From positions 112,799 to 176,798 of the forward strand of contig CALMNW010000014.1 of assembly GCA_937872095.1 (NCBI GenBank): 64,000 bases of DNA, in the 5' to 3' direction. The translations under genes and the position numbers were made by a program. The first letter of the stretch is position 1. The number at the start of each line of letters is the position of its first letter. The stretch is from an uncultured Verrucomicrobiota bacterium (GTDB lineage: Bacteria; Verrucomicrobiota; Kiritimatiellia; CAIQIC01; Lenti-01). The notes under the pieces are model-generated. The model was not told the DNA's origin, made no database searches, and saw only the letters and a list, made by a program, of their open reading frames with translations. This document shows, one piece after another, positions 18,966 to 26,980 of the stretch.

Positions 18966-20944
18966 CGACGGCCGCCTCAACCGTAAAGCGACTGGCCGGC
19001 TGGATCCAGACCTGCGGCGTCTTTTTCATGGCCGCGGGCCTGCTGCTGGCATGGAGCGCCGCCGGCTTCGTTTTTCTCCGCGGCTGGTCCCATTTTTCCC
19101 CGTGGGTCTTCGCCGGCTTTTTCGCCTATGCGCCCGTCGCCGGCTTCGCCGTCTTCGCCTTGCGCTGGATCGACTGGAAGGGCGGCACCAAGCTCTTTTT
19201 GCCGATCTTGCTGGGCGCATCTCTCGCCATCCAGATCGGCGTCGTCGTTTCGACGAATCCCGACTGGACCGGCAGCATCGATGCCGGACTCTTCCGGCAT
19301 TTTCTGGATCGCCTCGCCGAAAAAGGCTATGCGCCCGAAACCCTCCAGAAGCTCAGCCGGTTTTACGATTATCCGCTGTGGACGCGACGCGCGGCCCCGC
19401 TGCATTTGGTCCTGCGGATCTGGAGCGGCCCCCATTTCGTCCGCGCCATGCAGGCGACTCAGGCTCTGCTGCTGACGCTGTCGCTGGCCTTGACCTGGCG
19501 CTTGGCGTTCCTGTTGTTCGGGCGCCGGGTCGCCTTCTGGGCAAGTTCCCTGCAGTTCGTCATGCCGTACCAATGGATGGCCTGCCTGGACATGAACCAC
19601 CACGTCACCGGCGTTTTCTATTATCTCTGCGCCTTGTGGATCTTGGCGGAATGGTTCCGCCCCCGCCCCCCCGCCGGGTGGCGGACCTGGGGCTTGGCCC
19701 TCGGCGCAGGCCTTTTGCTGCCGCTGATGGGCTTGGGCGGCTACATGGACAAAATCTACGCCGTCTCCGTTTTCTTGACCTTGGCGTTCCTCCGCATCGG
19801 CGGAAAACTGAATGCCCGGCAAACGCTCCGCGCGACCATCGGCCTGCTGGTGTGGCCCGTGTTGGCCGGCGCCATCCTCTTGGCGCCCTTGGCCCGGCGC
19901 ATCGACGAAAGCAACATGCACCGGCTCGCTTCGCCCTTGGGCTACGTCGGCAGCGGCTGGGCGCCGGAAAGCGGCGGGGAATATTCCGGCACCTGCGTCC
20001 AGCTCGACGTCCTGACCCCGCTCGAAAACAAGAATTCCGCGCTCGGTTCCCTGCTGGCCTCGCACGCCGCGTACCGTCCCGAGGCCATCGCGTTCCGCCT
20101 GTTGCCCGCCAAAATCGTCAAATTCTTCCTCTTGGGATACGCGTCCGGCTCCGAAGAACTGCTGGCCCAGAACGACGCCCGCGCGGCGGCGGATCTGGCC
20201 AAGGGCGCCCGCACCGCTTTTTTGCTCGGCGCGCTGCCCCTCATGGCGTGGGGCGCGATGCTGCTGTTGCCCCTGCTGGGAGGGCTGAAACGGTTTTACT
20301 TCATCCTGCCCTGCGTGCTCTTCAGCGGCGGCATCGTCGCGCTGTGGGAAATCTCCCCGCGCTACTCCGGATACGTCCAGCCCTTCCTGTTCATGCTAGC
20401 CGCCCTGCCCCTGGCGTGGACGTCCCGGCGGCAACGCCTGCTGCGGGCGGCGAGACGGCCCGCCCTCGCGGCGTTTATCACGTGCTTCGCGGCGTTCGCC
20501 CTCGCGGTCGGAGGCCTCTACGGGGCGCGGCCATGGCTCCGGCGGCAGGCGTTCGAGGACGTGCGGAAATGGACCGTTGCAAACGGACGGGAAAAAGCCG
20601 TTTCTCCAGCGCGGGCGCCGCTCGAACTCCTCCTGCTTCCCGACGGCGAGAGCGGAAACCCGATTTGGGGACCGGTCCAATTCCCTCCGGCCCCCGACCG
20701 GCCGGGACAAATGCGTTTCTATGCGCTGGCGGACGACGATTCGCCCCGGCCTCCTCCGGGCGCTCGGTTGGTGACGGACTACGCAACGGCCGACGGACGA
20801 CTCGTCCAGACGAATTCTTTCCCCGGGTTCGTGCAATTCGACTACCCCCCCGGCCTGGCGGGATCCTTGACGTGGCGAACCATTCCCCCGCTGCCGACCC
20901 CGCTCCGGATCGGCTACGTTTCTTTTGCGGACGGAAAGCGCTGA
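18962..20944 (+). CDS. Polytopic integral membrane protein (GT-C-like glycosyltransferase or polymerase candidate)
   Basis: About 660 aa with many TM helices and a soluble C-terminal domain. ORF-track start 18860 trimmed to ATG 18962 ([14 protein letters not shown]), which overlaps the upstream stop as ATGA. Confidence 0.7.
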   Translation: MTTAASTVKRLAGWIQTCGVFFMAAGLLLAWSAAGFVFLRGWSHFSPWVFAGFFAYAPVAGFAVFALRWIDWKGGTKLFLPILLGASLAIQIGVVVSTNPDWTGSIDAGLFRHFLDRLAEKGYAPETLQKLSRFYDYPLWTRRAAPLHLVLRIWSGPHFVRAMQATQALLLTLSLALTWRLAFLLFGRRVAFWASSLQFVMPYQWMACLDMNHHVTGVFYYLCALWILAEWFRPRPPAGWRTWGLALGAGLLLPLMGLGGYMDKIYAVSVFLTLAFLRIGGKLNARQTLRATIGLLVWPVLAGAILLAPLARRIDESNMHRLASPLGYVGSGWAPESGGEYSGTCVQLDVLTPLENKNSALGSLLASHAAYRPEAIAFRLLPAKIVKFFLLGYASGSEELLAQNDARAAADLAKGARTAFLLGALPLMAWGAMLLLPLLGGLKRFYFILPCVLFSGGIVALWEISPRYSGYVQPFLFMLAALPLAWTSRRQRLLRAARRPALAAFITCFAAFALAVGGLYGARPWLRRQAFEDVRKWTVANGREKAVSPARAPLELLLLPDGESGNPIWGPVQFPPAPDRPGQMRFYALADDDSPRPPPGARLVTDYATADGRLVQTNSFPGFVQFDYPPGLAGSLTWRTIPPLPTPLRIGYVSFADGKR

Positions 20945-21053
20945 GTTCCTTTCTCGTTTTCTGCTATTGCCCGTCTGGCGGCCTTTGGATAGAGTGACCC
21001 CCTTTGAACGACGTGGCGGAACGCCCGCCGAAGACCGCAGAGGAGAGCGCCAG

Positions 21054-21926
21054 ATGGAACAGATCAAACTCGGCCTGCCGAAGGGCAGCTTGCAGGACAG
21101 CACGTTCGCGTTGATGAGGAAAGCCGGCTGGAATTTCAAGGTCGGCTCCCGGTCCTACGTGCCCACGGTGGACGACCCCGCCATCGCCGCGCGCCTCATC
21201 CGTCCCCAGGAAATCGCCCGCTACGTCGAGCTCGGCCTGCTCGATGCCGGCCTCACCGGCTACGACTGGATCTACGAAAACGGCGCCGACGTCGTCGAAG
21301 TCGCCGAACTGTGCTACTCCAAGGCCACGAGCAATCCCGTCCGCTGGGTGGTCGCCGTCCCCAACGATTCCCCCATCCAGAGCGCGCAGGACCTCCAAGG
21401 CAAGCGCATCGCCACCGAAGCCGTCGGCCTCACCAAACGCTATCTCGCCGACCACGGCGTCACCGCCGAGATCGAATTCTCCTGGGGCGCCACGGAAGTC
21501 AAGGCCCCCGAGCTCGTCGACGCCATCGTCGAACTCACGGAAACCGGCTCCTCCCTGCGCGCCAACCAGCTGCGCATCGTGGACACGGTCCTGACCTCCA
21601 CCACCCGCCTCATCGCCAACAAGGATGCGTGGGCGAACCAGGAAAAGCGGGCCAAAATCGAGCAAATGGCCATGCTGCTCATCGGCGCGCTCAACGCCGA
21701 AAACAAGGTGCTGATCAAGATGAACGCCAAGAAGGGCGACGTCGCCTCCATCTGCGGCGTGCTGCCGGCCCTGCACGCCCCCACCGTCAATCCGCTCGGC
21801 GATCCGAGCTGGGTCGCCATCGAAACCGTCGTGGACGAATCCATCGTCCGCGAGATCATTCCGCAGCTCAAGGCCGCCGGCGCCTCCGGCATTATTGAAC
21901 TTGCATTGAACAAAGTAGTGCCGTAA
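21054..21926 (+). CDS. hisG: ATP phosphoribosyltransferase (long form)
   Basis: [15 protein letters not shown]..., [14 protein letters not shown]..., C-terminal regulatory domain present. Track start 20925 trimmed to ATG 21054. Confidence 0.92.
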   Translation: MEQIKLGLPKGSLQDSTFALMRKAGWNFKVGSRSYVPTVDDPAIAARLIRPQEIARYVELGLLDAGLTGYDWIYENGADVVEVAELCYSKATSNPVRWVVAVPNDSPIQSAQDLQGKRIATEAVGLTKRYLADHGVTAEIEFSWGATEVKAPELVDAIVELTETGSSLRANQLRIVDTVLTSTTRLIANKDAWANQEKRAKIEQMAMLLIGALNAENKVLIKMNAKKGDVASICGVLPALHAPTVNPLGDPSWVAIETVVDESIVREIIPQLKAAGASGIIELALNKVVP

Positions 21927-21962
21927 AACCGTCCGGCATCGTTATATCAGGAGGATGAAAGC

Positions 21963-22052
21963 ATGGGTTCCGTCAAAAAGAAACGCCGCTTGAAGATGGC
22001 CAAGCACAAACGCCGTAAACGTCTGCGCGCCGACCGTCACAAGAAGAAATAG
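21963..22052 (+). CDS. Small basic ribosomal protein bS22-like (29 aa)
   Basis: ATG preceded by AGGAGG at -8. Encodes MGSVKKKRRLKMAKHKRRKRLRADRHKKK, closely resembling mycobacterial bS22 ([23 protein letters not shown]...). Hand-translated codon by codon, TAG at 22050-22052. Below the ORF-track length cutoff. Confidence 0.7.
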   Translation: MGSVKKKRRLKMAKHKRRKRLRADRHKKK

Positions 22053-22082
22053 GGGGAGCGCCCCGACAACGGGCACGCCATC

Positions 22083-24008
22083 ATGCGCGGCTTTGGCCAA
22101 TGGCGGTTTTTGCTCGGCCTCGCTCTCTTCGGCGTCGCGGCCGGATGCCGCTCGCTGCCTAGCCCTTCGTCCTTGCTGGACGGAGGGCTCGTTTCGTCTC
22201 CCGATTCGCTCCCGCCGGACCAGGCCCAGGCCGCGCAGGCCCACGCCCTCTATTCGATCGGCATCCACCACGAACTCGCCGACGAATACGCCTTGGCGTA
22301 CGACGCCTATCGGAAAGCCGCCGCGCTCGATTCCGGCAACGAACGGCTCGTGCTGCGCATGGCGTCCACCCTCGTGCTCCAGCGCAAGACCGAAGAAGCC
22401 CTGCGGACCGTCGAGGAATTCCTCCAGCGCCATCCGGATTCCGAAAGCGCGCTGCTGTGGCTCGCCACCTTCTACGGCAGCACGGGCGACCGGGACCGCG
22501 TCGTCGAGCTCTTCCGCCAAATGACGCGCCGGTTCCCGGCCAAGCCTCTCGGCTGGCTGCAGCTGGCCTCCGCCACGGCCCGCGCCGGCGACACCAACGC
22601 CGTCGAGAAAATCCTCCAGGAAGGCCTGGCCAAGGCCAAGCCGCCCACCGCCCTTCGGCAGGAACTCGTCCGCATCCAGCTCGCGCGCCTGCAGGCGGCC
22701 ACGGATCCCGGCGCGCAACAGGAAGCCCGCCGCCAGGCCATCGCCCTCTTGCGGCAAGTGGCCGAGGAAATTCCCGGCGATACCGACACGCTCTATGCCT
22801 TGGGCGACTTGCTCGCGAACGACGGCCAGCTCGAAGAAGCCATCCGCACCTACGAGAAGATCGCGCGGATCCAGCCCGGCGAGCAGCAGGTCAAATCGCG
22901 CCTCGCCAAGACGTTCCTGGCCATGGACGACCAGCCCAAGGCCATCGCCGTCCTCGAAACCCTGGCCCAAAAACAAAAAGACGACGTCGACGTCCACTAT
23001 TACCTCGCCGAACTCTATCTGCAGGCCGGCGATTTCACCAACGCCCTCGCCCACTTCCGCATCGCGGCCGACGCCTCTCCCGGCGACCCCGCCCCGTGGA
23101 TCAAGCTCGCCGCCCTCCAGAGCGAAACGAACGAAGACCAGGCCGTCGCCACGCTGACCGAAGCGCTCGAGAACATGCCCGCCAACCCCAAGATCCTCGA
23201 GGTCTTCGCTCTCGTCCGCATGCAGCAGAAGCGGTTCAGCGAAGCCGCCGCCCTTTTGCAGCAGGTCTACGACGCCACGATCGCGAAGGATCCCGAGGCC
23301 CTTCCCTCCCACCTCTTCTACTACAACTACGCCGTCGCCTGCACCCATCTGCGCCGCACCAAGGACGCGGCCCGCTGGCTCCACGGCGCCGTCGAGCAGG
23401 AACCCGCCCTCCTGGACCTCTACATGCAGCGCATCCTGACCGGCACCAAAACCCTCCAGAAAAGCGCCGTCGCCGTGCTCCGCGCCCTTGCGGACATCCC
23501 CAGCACCGAATCCGCCGCCATCCGCGCCCACCTGGCCAATCTGTATCTCGCGCAGGACAAGCCCGCTTCCGCCGTCCGGGAATTCGAGGCCGCCGCAGCC
23601 ATCGTCGCGAACGAACCTTTGCAGGCCGCCGTGCTCAGTCCCCGCTTCTATTTTTGGTTCGGCGTCGCTCTCGACCAAACCAAGCACACGGAACGCGCCA
23701 TCGAGATGTTCGAGACCTGCCTCGCGAACGATCCGGAATTCGCCGACGCCCTCAACTACCTCGCCTATCTTTGGGCCGTGCGCGGCGAACGCCTCGACGA
23801 AGCCCTGCGCCACGCCCAGACCGCCCTCTCCCTCGATCCCCAGAACTCCGCTTATCTCGACACCCTCGGCTGGATCTACTACCAGCAGGGCCGCTACGAA
23901 GAAGCGCTCTCGTTCCTCCGGCAGGCCGACGCTCTCCGTCCCAACGATCCCGAAATCCTCGACCACATCGAGAAGACGGTGGAAAAACTCGGGACCGCGG
24001 CCCCCTGA
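22083..24008 (+). CDS. TPR-repeat lipoprotein
   Basis: Signal peptide plus lipobox (LFGVAAGC). About 14 TPR-like repeats (AxxxYxxG periodicity, many Ala/Leu/Glu). The 734-aa antisense ORF 21942..24146 is an artefact. Confidence 0.85.
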   Translation: MRGFGQWRFLLGLALFGVAAGCRSLPSPSSLLDGGLVSSPDSLPPDQAQAAQAHALYSIGIHHELADEYALAYDAYRKAAALDSGNERLVLRMASTLVLQRKTEEALRTVEEFLQRHPDSESALLWLATFYGSTGDRDRVVELFRQMTRRFPAKPLGWLQLASATARAGDTNAVEKILQEGLAKAKPPTALRQELVRIQLARLQAATDPGAQQEARRQAIALLRQVAEEIPGDTDTLYALGDLLANDGQLEEAIRTYEKIARIQPGEQQVKSRLAKTFLAMDDQPKAIAVLETLAQKQKDDVDVHYYLAELYLQAGDFTNALAHFRIAADASPGDPAPWIKLAALQSETNEDQAVATLTEALENMPANPKILEVFALVRMQQKRFSEAAALLQQVYDATIAKDPEALPSHLFYYNYAVACTHLRRTKDAARWLHGAVEQEPALLDLYMQRILTGTKTLQKSAVAVLRALADIPSTESAAIRAHLANLYLAQDKPASAVREFEAAAAIVANEPLQAAVLSPRFYFWFGVALDQTKHTERAIEMFETCLANDPEFADALNYLAYLWAVRGERLDEALRHAQTALSLDPQNSAYLDTLGWIYYQQGRYEEALSFLRQADALRPNDPEILDHIEKTVEKLGTAAP

Positions 24009-24039
24009 ACCGTCGCTCGTGAACTTCCCGGCTGTCCAC

Positions 24040-24085
24040 TTGATGATTGGATGTTGAATATTGGACATTGGATATTGAGATTTTC
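24040..24085 (+). promoter_or_regulatory. AT-rich putative promoter with triple ATTGGA direct repeats upstream of the NTase-kinase gene
   Basis: GATTGGATGTTGAATATTGGACATTGGATATTGAGATTTT is strongly AT-rich against a 65% GC background, about 45-90 nt upstream of the ATG at 24130. Confidence 0.35.
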
Positions 24086-24129
24086 GCCCCGCCTTGCCAC
24101 CACGGCCCCCGCCCGCTAATCTCTCCTCC

Positions 24130-25845
24130 ATGCGCGCGCCCCGCAAAGCCTACATTCTCGCCGCCGGTCTCGGCACGCGCCTGCGTCCCCTCACGCTCGA
24201 AACCCCCAAGCCCATGCTCCCTCTCTGGGACCGGCCCATGCTCGCCCGCAGCCTGGAAATGCTCGCGGCCTGGGGCGTCCGCGACGTCCTGATCAATCTC
24301 CACCACGCTCCCGGCCCCATCCTGCGCTATCTCGCCGGCCAGCCGTTTCCGCAACTGCGCATTTCCGCCGTGTTCGAACCCGTCATTCTCGGCACCGGCG
24401 GCGCCCTGCGCAACGCACGGTGGTTCGTCGACCAACCGTTCTGGCTCCTCAACGCCGACGTCGCCGCCGATCTCGATCCCGCGCCGCTGCTCCGCGCCTG
24501 GCGCGAACGGAAACCCCTCGCCGCCTGCTGGCTCACCGAAGACGCCGGCCCCAAAACCGTGCGCTGCGAACAAGGCGTCATCCGGAATTTCCACGACCCG
24601 CGCCAAGGCCACGCCACCTTTTGCGGGCTGCAACTGCTCGACAAGCGCATCCTGCCGTTCATCGCCCCGGACGGTTTCGACACGATCATCGCCGCCTACC
24701 GCCGCGCGCAAAAACGGGGCCACCGCATCGCCGGCGTCTTCGTCCCCGGCTCGTTCTGGGCGGACATCGGCACCCCCGCCCAATACGTCCAGGCCCACCG
24801 CGACGTCGCCGCGCGCGTCGGCCGCGCCGGACAGAACTTCGTCCTGCCGGCGGCCGCCGTTCTCGCTCCGCGCGAACGCACGTTGCTGCGCGCGGCGGAA
24901 TCCCTGCCGGTCGAAGTTCTGCCGCCCCGCGGTTCGAGCCGCGAGTTCTTCCACCTGCACGGCGAACCCGGTCCGTCGGCAATTGTTTGCAAACAATTGC
25001 AATCGGGCGGCGTCCTCATCCGCTGGTCGCCCGAGCGGCCCGACAACCGGCTCTATGCCCGCCACACGCGGTTTCTGGCCTCCCTCGGCATTCCCGTCCC
25101 CCGCCTGCTGCTCGATGCCCCGCGCGATCATTTCCTCGCCATCGAAGATCTCGGCCCCAAAACTCTCGAAACCCGCCTGCCGCGCCTGAGGGTCGCCGGC
25201 ACCCGCCGGATCTATCGCCGTTTGCTCGATGTCCTCCTGCGGATGCACCGCCACGGCCTCCCCGCCGCGCGCAAGGCCCGCCTGCCCCTCATGCCCGGCT
25301 TCGACGCCAAGCTCTACGCCTGGGAACACGCCTATTTCATCGACCACGTCCTGCGCGAACGCCTGCGCCTTCCGGACAAGCAGATCGCGGCCGTCGCCGC
25401 CGAACTGCGCTCCGTCGCGCGCCTGCTCGCCGCTTCCCCGCAGGCCTTGATCCATCGCGACCTGCAATCGAGCAACGTCCTGTTTCGCGGTTCGCAACCC
25501 GTATGGATCGATTACCAGGGCATGCGCCGCGGCCCGGCCGCCTACGACCTGGCCAGTCTGCTCTGCGATCCCTACGCCGATCTCCCCGCCCCCCTTCAGC
25601 AAAGCCTCCTGCGCCAGTATGCCCGCCGCCACCCTCAAGGCGCGGCCATCGCGGCGGCATTTCCCGCCGCCGCCATCCAACGCTTGTGCCAAGCCCTCGG
25701 CGCCTACGCCGTGCTCTCGCAAAAACCCGGCATGGCGCATTTCGCGCGGCATATCCCCGTCGCCGCCCGCCAGTTGCTCCGCGCCCTCCGCGCGCACCCC
25801 CTGCCCGCGCTCGCCGCCGCCGCCCGCCGGCTCGCGCGCGGCTGA
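24130..25845 (+). CDS. Bifunctional sugar-1-phosphate nucleotidyltransferase / APH-fold kinase (MurU-AmgK-like or LicC-LicA-like fusion)
   Basis: N-terminus KAYILAAGLGTRLRPLT (NTase G-loop) and GTGGAL. C-terminal half has the APH/choline-kinase fold with catalytic HRDLQSSNVLF and IDYQGM (DxxG-like). Track start 24094 trimmed to ATG 24130. Confidence 0.8.
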   Translation: MRAPRKAYILAAGLGTRLRPLTLETPKPMLPLWDRPMLARSLEMLAAWGVRDVLINLHHAPGPILRYLAGQPFPQLRISAVFEPVILGTGGALRNARWFVDQPFWLLNADVAADLDPAPLLRAWRERKPLAACWLTEDAGPKTVRCEQGVIRNFHDPRQGHATFCGLQLLDKRILPFIAPDGFDTIIAAYRRAQKRGHRIAGVFVPGSFWADIGTPAQYVQAHRDVAARVGRAGQNFVLPAAAVLAPRERTLLRAAESLPVEVLPPRGSSREFFHLHGEPGPSAIVCKQLQSGGVLIRWSPERPDNRLYARHTRFLASLGIPVPRLLLDAPRDHFLAIEDLGPKTLETRLPRLRVAGTRRIYRRLLDVLLRMHRHGLPAARKARLPLMPGFDAKLYAWEHAYFIDHVLRERLRLPDKQIAAVAAELRSVARLLAASPQALIHRDLQSSNVLFRGSQPVWIDYQGMRRGPAAYDLASLLCDPYADLPAPLQQSLLRQYARRHPQGAAIAAAFPAAAIQRLCQALGAYAVLSQKPGMAHFARHIPVAARQLLRALRAHPLPALAAAARRLARG

Positions 25846-25846
25846 C

Positions 25847-26317
25847 CTAGACCTGCGCGAACAGCACGACGTCGTTCCGGCCGTACTTCTGCGCGCATTT
25901 CGGACAGGTCGTGTAGAAGAACAGAAACCGCCGGACGGTCTTTCCCCGGTTCGCCACCCGGCGCTTCAGATCCGCGATCCACTTCGGGATGTCGCGATAC
26001 GACCCTTCGTAGGCCTGCGCCAGAAACGTCCCCGCGATCGTCGCCATGGTCAGGCCGGGCACGTCTTTGGCCACCTCCAGATACAGATCCGATCCCCAGA
26101 GCGAATTCTCATCCGACAGCACGAGCATGTTCGGCGATTCCGCGCCGGCCGCCCGGATCGCCGCCATGTTGCGAACCATCACCGCGCCGAAGTTCAGCGG
26201 AATGCGCAGGAAGCTGCGCACGCGGTCCTTCGCGAATTTCTTCCCGTCGAGCGTGATCCACCGTTCCTGCCACGGGGCCGGATCGAACTTCGGACAGCAT
26301 TCTTTTTCGTCGTTCAT
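25847..26317 (-). CDS. Hypothetical protein with paired Cys motifs (CCPKF ... TCPKC)
   Basis: 156-aa ORF with an ATG start, no competing frame with any motif, and a compact fit between neighbours. No family recognised. Confidence 0.5.
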   Translation of the reverse strand: MNDEKECCPKFDPAPWQERWITLDGKKFAKDRVRSFLRIPLNFGAVMVRNMAAIRAAGAESPNMLVLSDENSLWGSDLYLEVAKDVPGLTMATIAGTFLAQAYEGSYRDIPKWIADLKRRVANRGKTVRRFLFFYTTCPKCAQKYGRNDVVLFAQV

Positions 26318-26329
26318 GGTCCGCTCCCG

Positions 26330-26740
26330 CTAGATTTTCCGGTACGTCGTCGGCTGGAAGTTGTCCGCCATCGTCCAGGTCGCGGCCGCGCAGTCCGCCA
26401 CGCGGAACACGTGCAGCAGGCCGTAGCCGTGTTGCGCGACCCACGGCTGCATGAACGGGCGCGCCGCCACGATCTCTTTCTTCAGGTCCAAATCGTCCAC
26501 GACCTGCACCGTGCCCGACACCCGGATCTGCAAATCGGGACTGTTGAAGCACGCCTCCGCCGGCGCGCCGTTCTGCACCTGCTTGGCCAGCGCCTTGCCG
26601 GTGCCCGTATGGAACAGCAGTCCCTGCTCGTCGGCCCGGTACATCATCATGCCGCGGACTCGCGGCTTGCCGTCTTCCAGCGTCGCCAAATGGCACAGGG
26701 GGTGTTCGTTGAGAAAGGTCCGGATCTCGGCGTTCGTCAT
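26330..26740 (-). CDS. Pyridoxamine 5'-phosphate oxidase-like FMN-binding split-barrel protein
   Basis: MTNAEIRTFLNEHPLCHLATLEDGKPRVRGMMMY... resembles the PNPOx-like/general-stress-protein-26 family. Track start 26938 trimmed to ATG 26740, which has a GGAG RBS; the upstream 66 aa read through the repeat array. Confidence 0.65.
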   Translation of the reverse strand: MTNAEIRTFLNEHPLCHLATLEDGKPRVRGMMMYRADEQGLLFHTGTGKALAKQVQNGAPAEACFNSPDLQIRVSGTVQVVDDLDLKKEIVAARPFMQPWVAQHGYGLLHVFRVADCAAATWTMADNFQPTTYRKI

Positions 26741-26844
26741 GGAAATCTCCTTGGTTGCGGATCGAATCCTACGCCCGCCCCTTTCGCCCCGCCAAGCCTT
26801 TCTTCGCCCCCCCGCCGGGAATCGCAGTTCATGTCCGACGTCCC

Positions 26845-26950
26845 GGTTTTCCACGCTACGTAAAAACTTTTGGGGATTTTTCCACGCTACGTAAAAACTT
26901 CGATGGATTTTTCCACAGTGTGGAAAAATATTTTCCACGGCGTGGAAAAA
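26845..26950. repeat. Intergenic array of four TTTTCCAC(G/A) direct repeats at 31/31/22-bp spacing; two are perfect palindromes TTTTCCAC-N3-GTGGAAAA
   Basis: Two 23-bp units TTTTCCACGCTACGTAAAAACTT at 26847-26869 and 26878-26900 (31-bp period), then TTTTTCCACAGTGTGGAAAAA (about 26907-26927) and TTTTCCACGGCGTGGAAAAA (about 26931-26950). Lies 107-210 nt upstream of the PNPOx-like gene start and just past the recD2 stop. Confidence 0.7.
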
Positions 26951-26980
26951 CCGCAGGCCGCGATTCCCCGCCTCGGGGAC

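Noticed and set aside
18595-20997. 800-aa plus-strand ORF
   Set aside because: Shifted frame over the membrane-protein gene 18962-20944. Product is Pro/Arg-rich without TM helices, whereas the chosen frame gives a coherent polytopic membrane protein.
21942-24146. 734-aa minus-strand ORF antisense to the TPR lipoprotein, plus 22457-24022(+) and 23752-25797(-)
   Set aside because: Gly/Glu/Val/Arg-rich low-complexity translations. The TPR frame has a lipoprotein signal and regular TPR periodicity.
26845-26950. Possibility that the TTTTCCAC repeat cluster is the chromosomal origin (DnaA boxes)
   Set aside because: Motif fits relaxed DnaA-box consensus, but no dnaA/dnaN/gidA/parAB in the window, and the flanking genes are recD2 and a PNPOx-like gene. 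Retained as a regulatory repeat array rather than called oriC.
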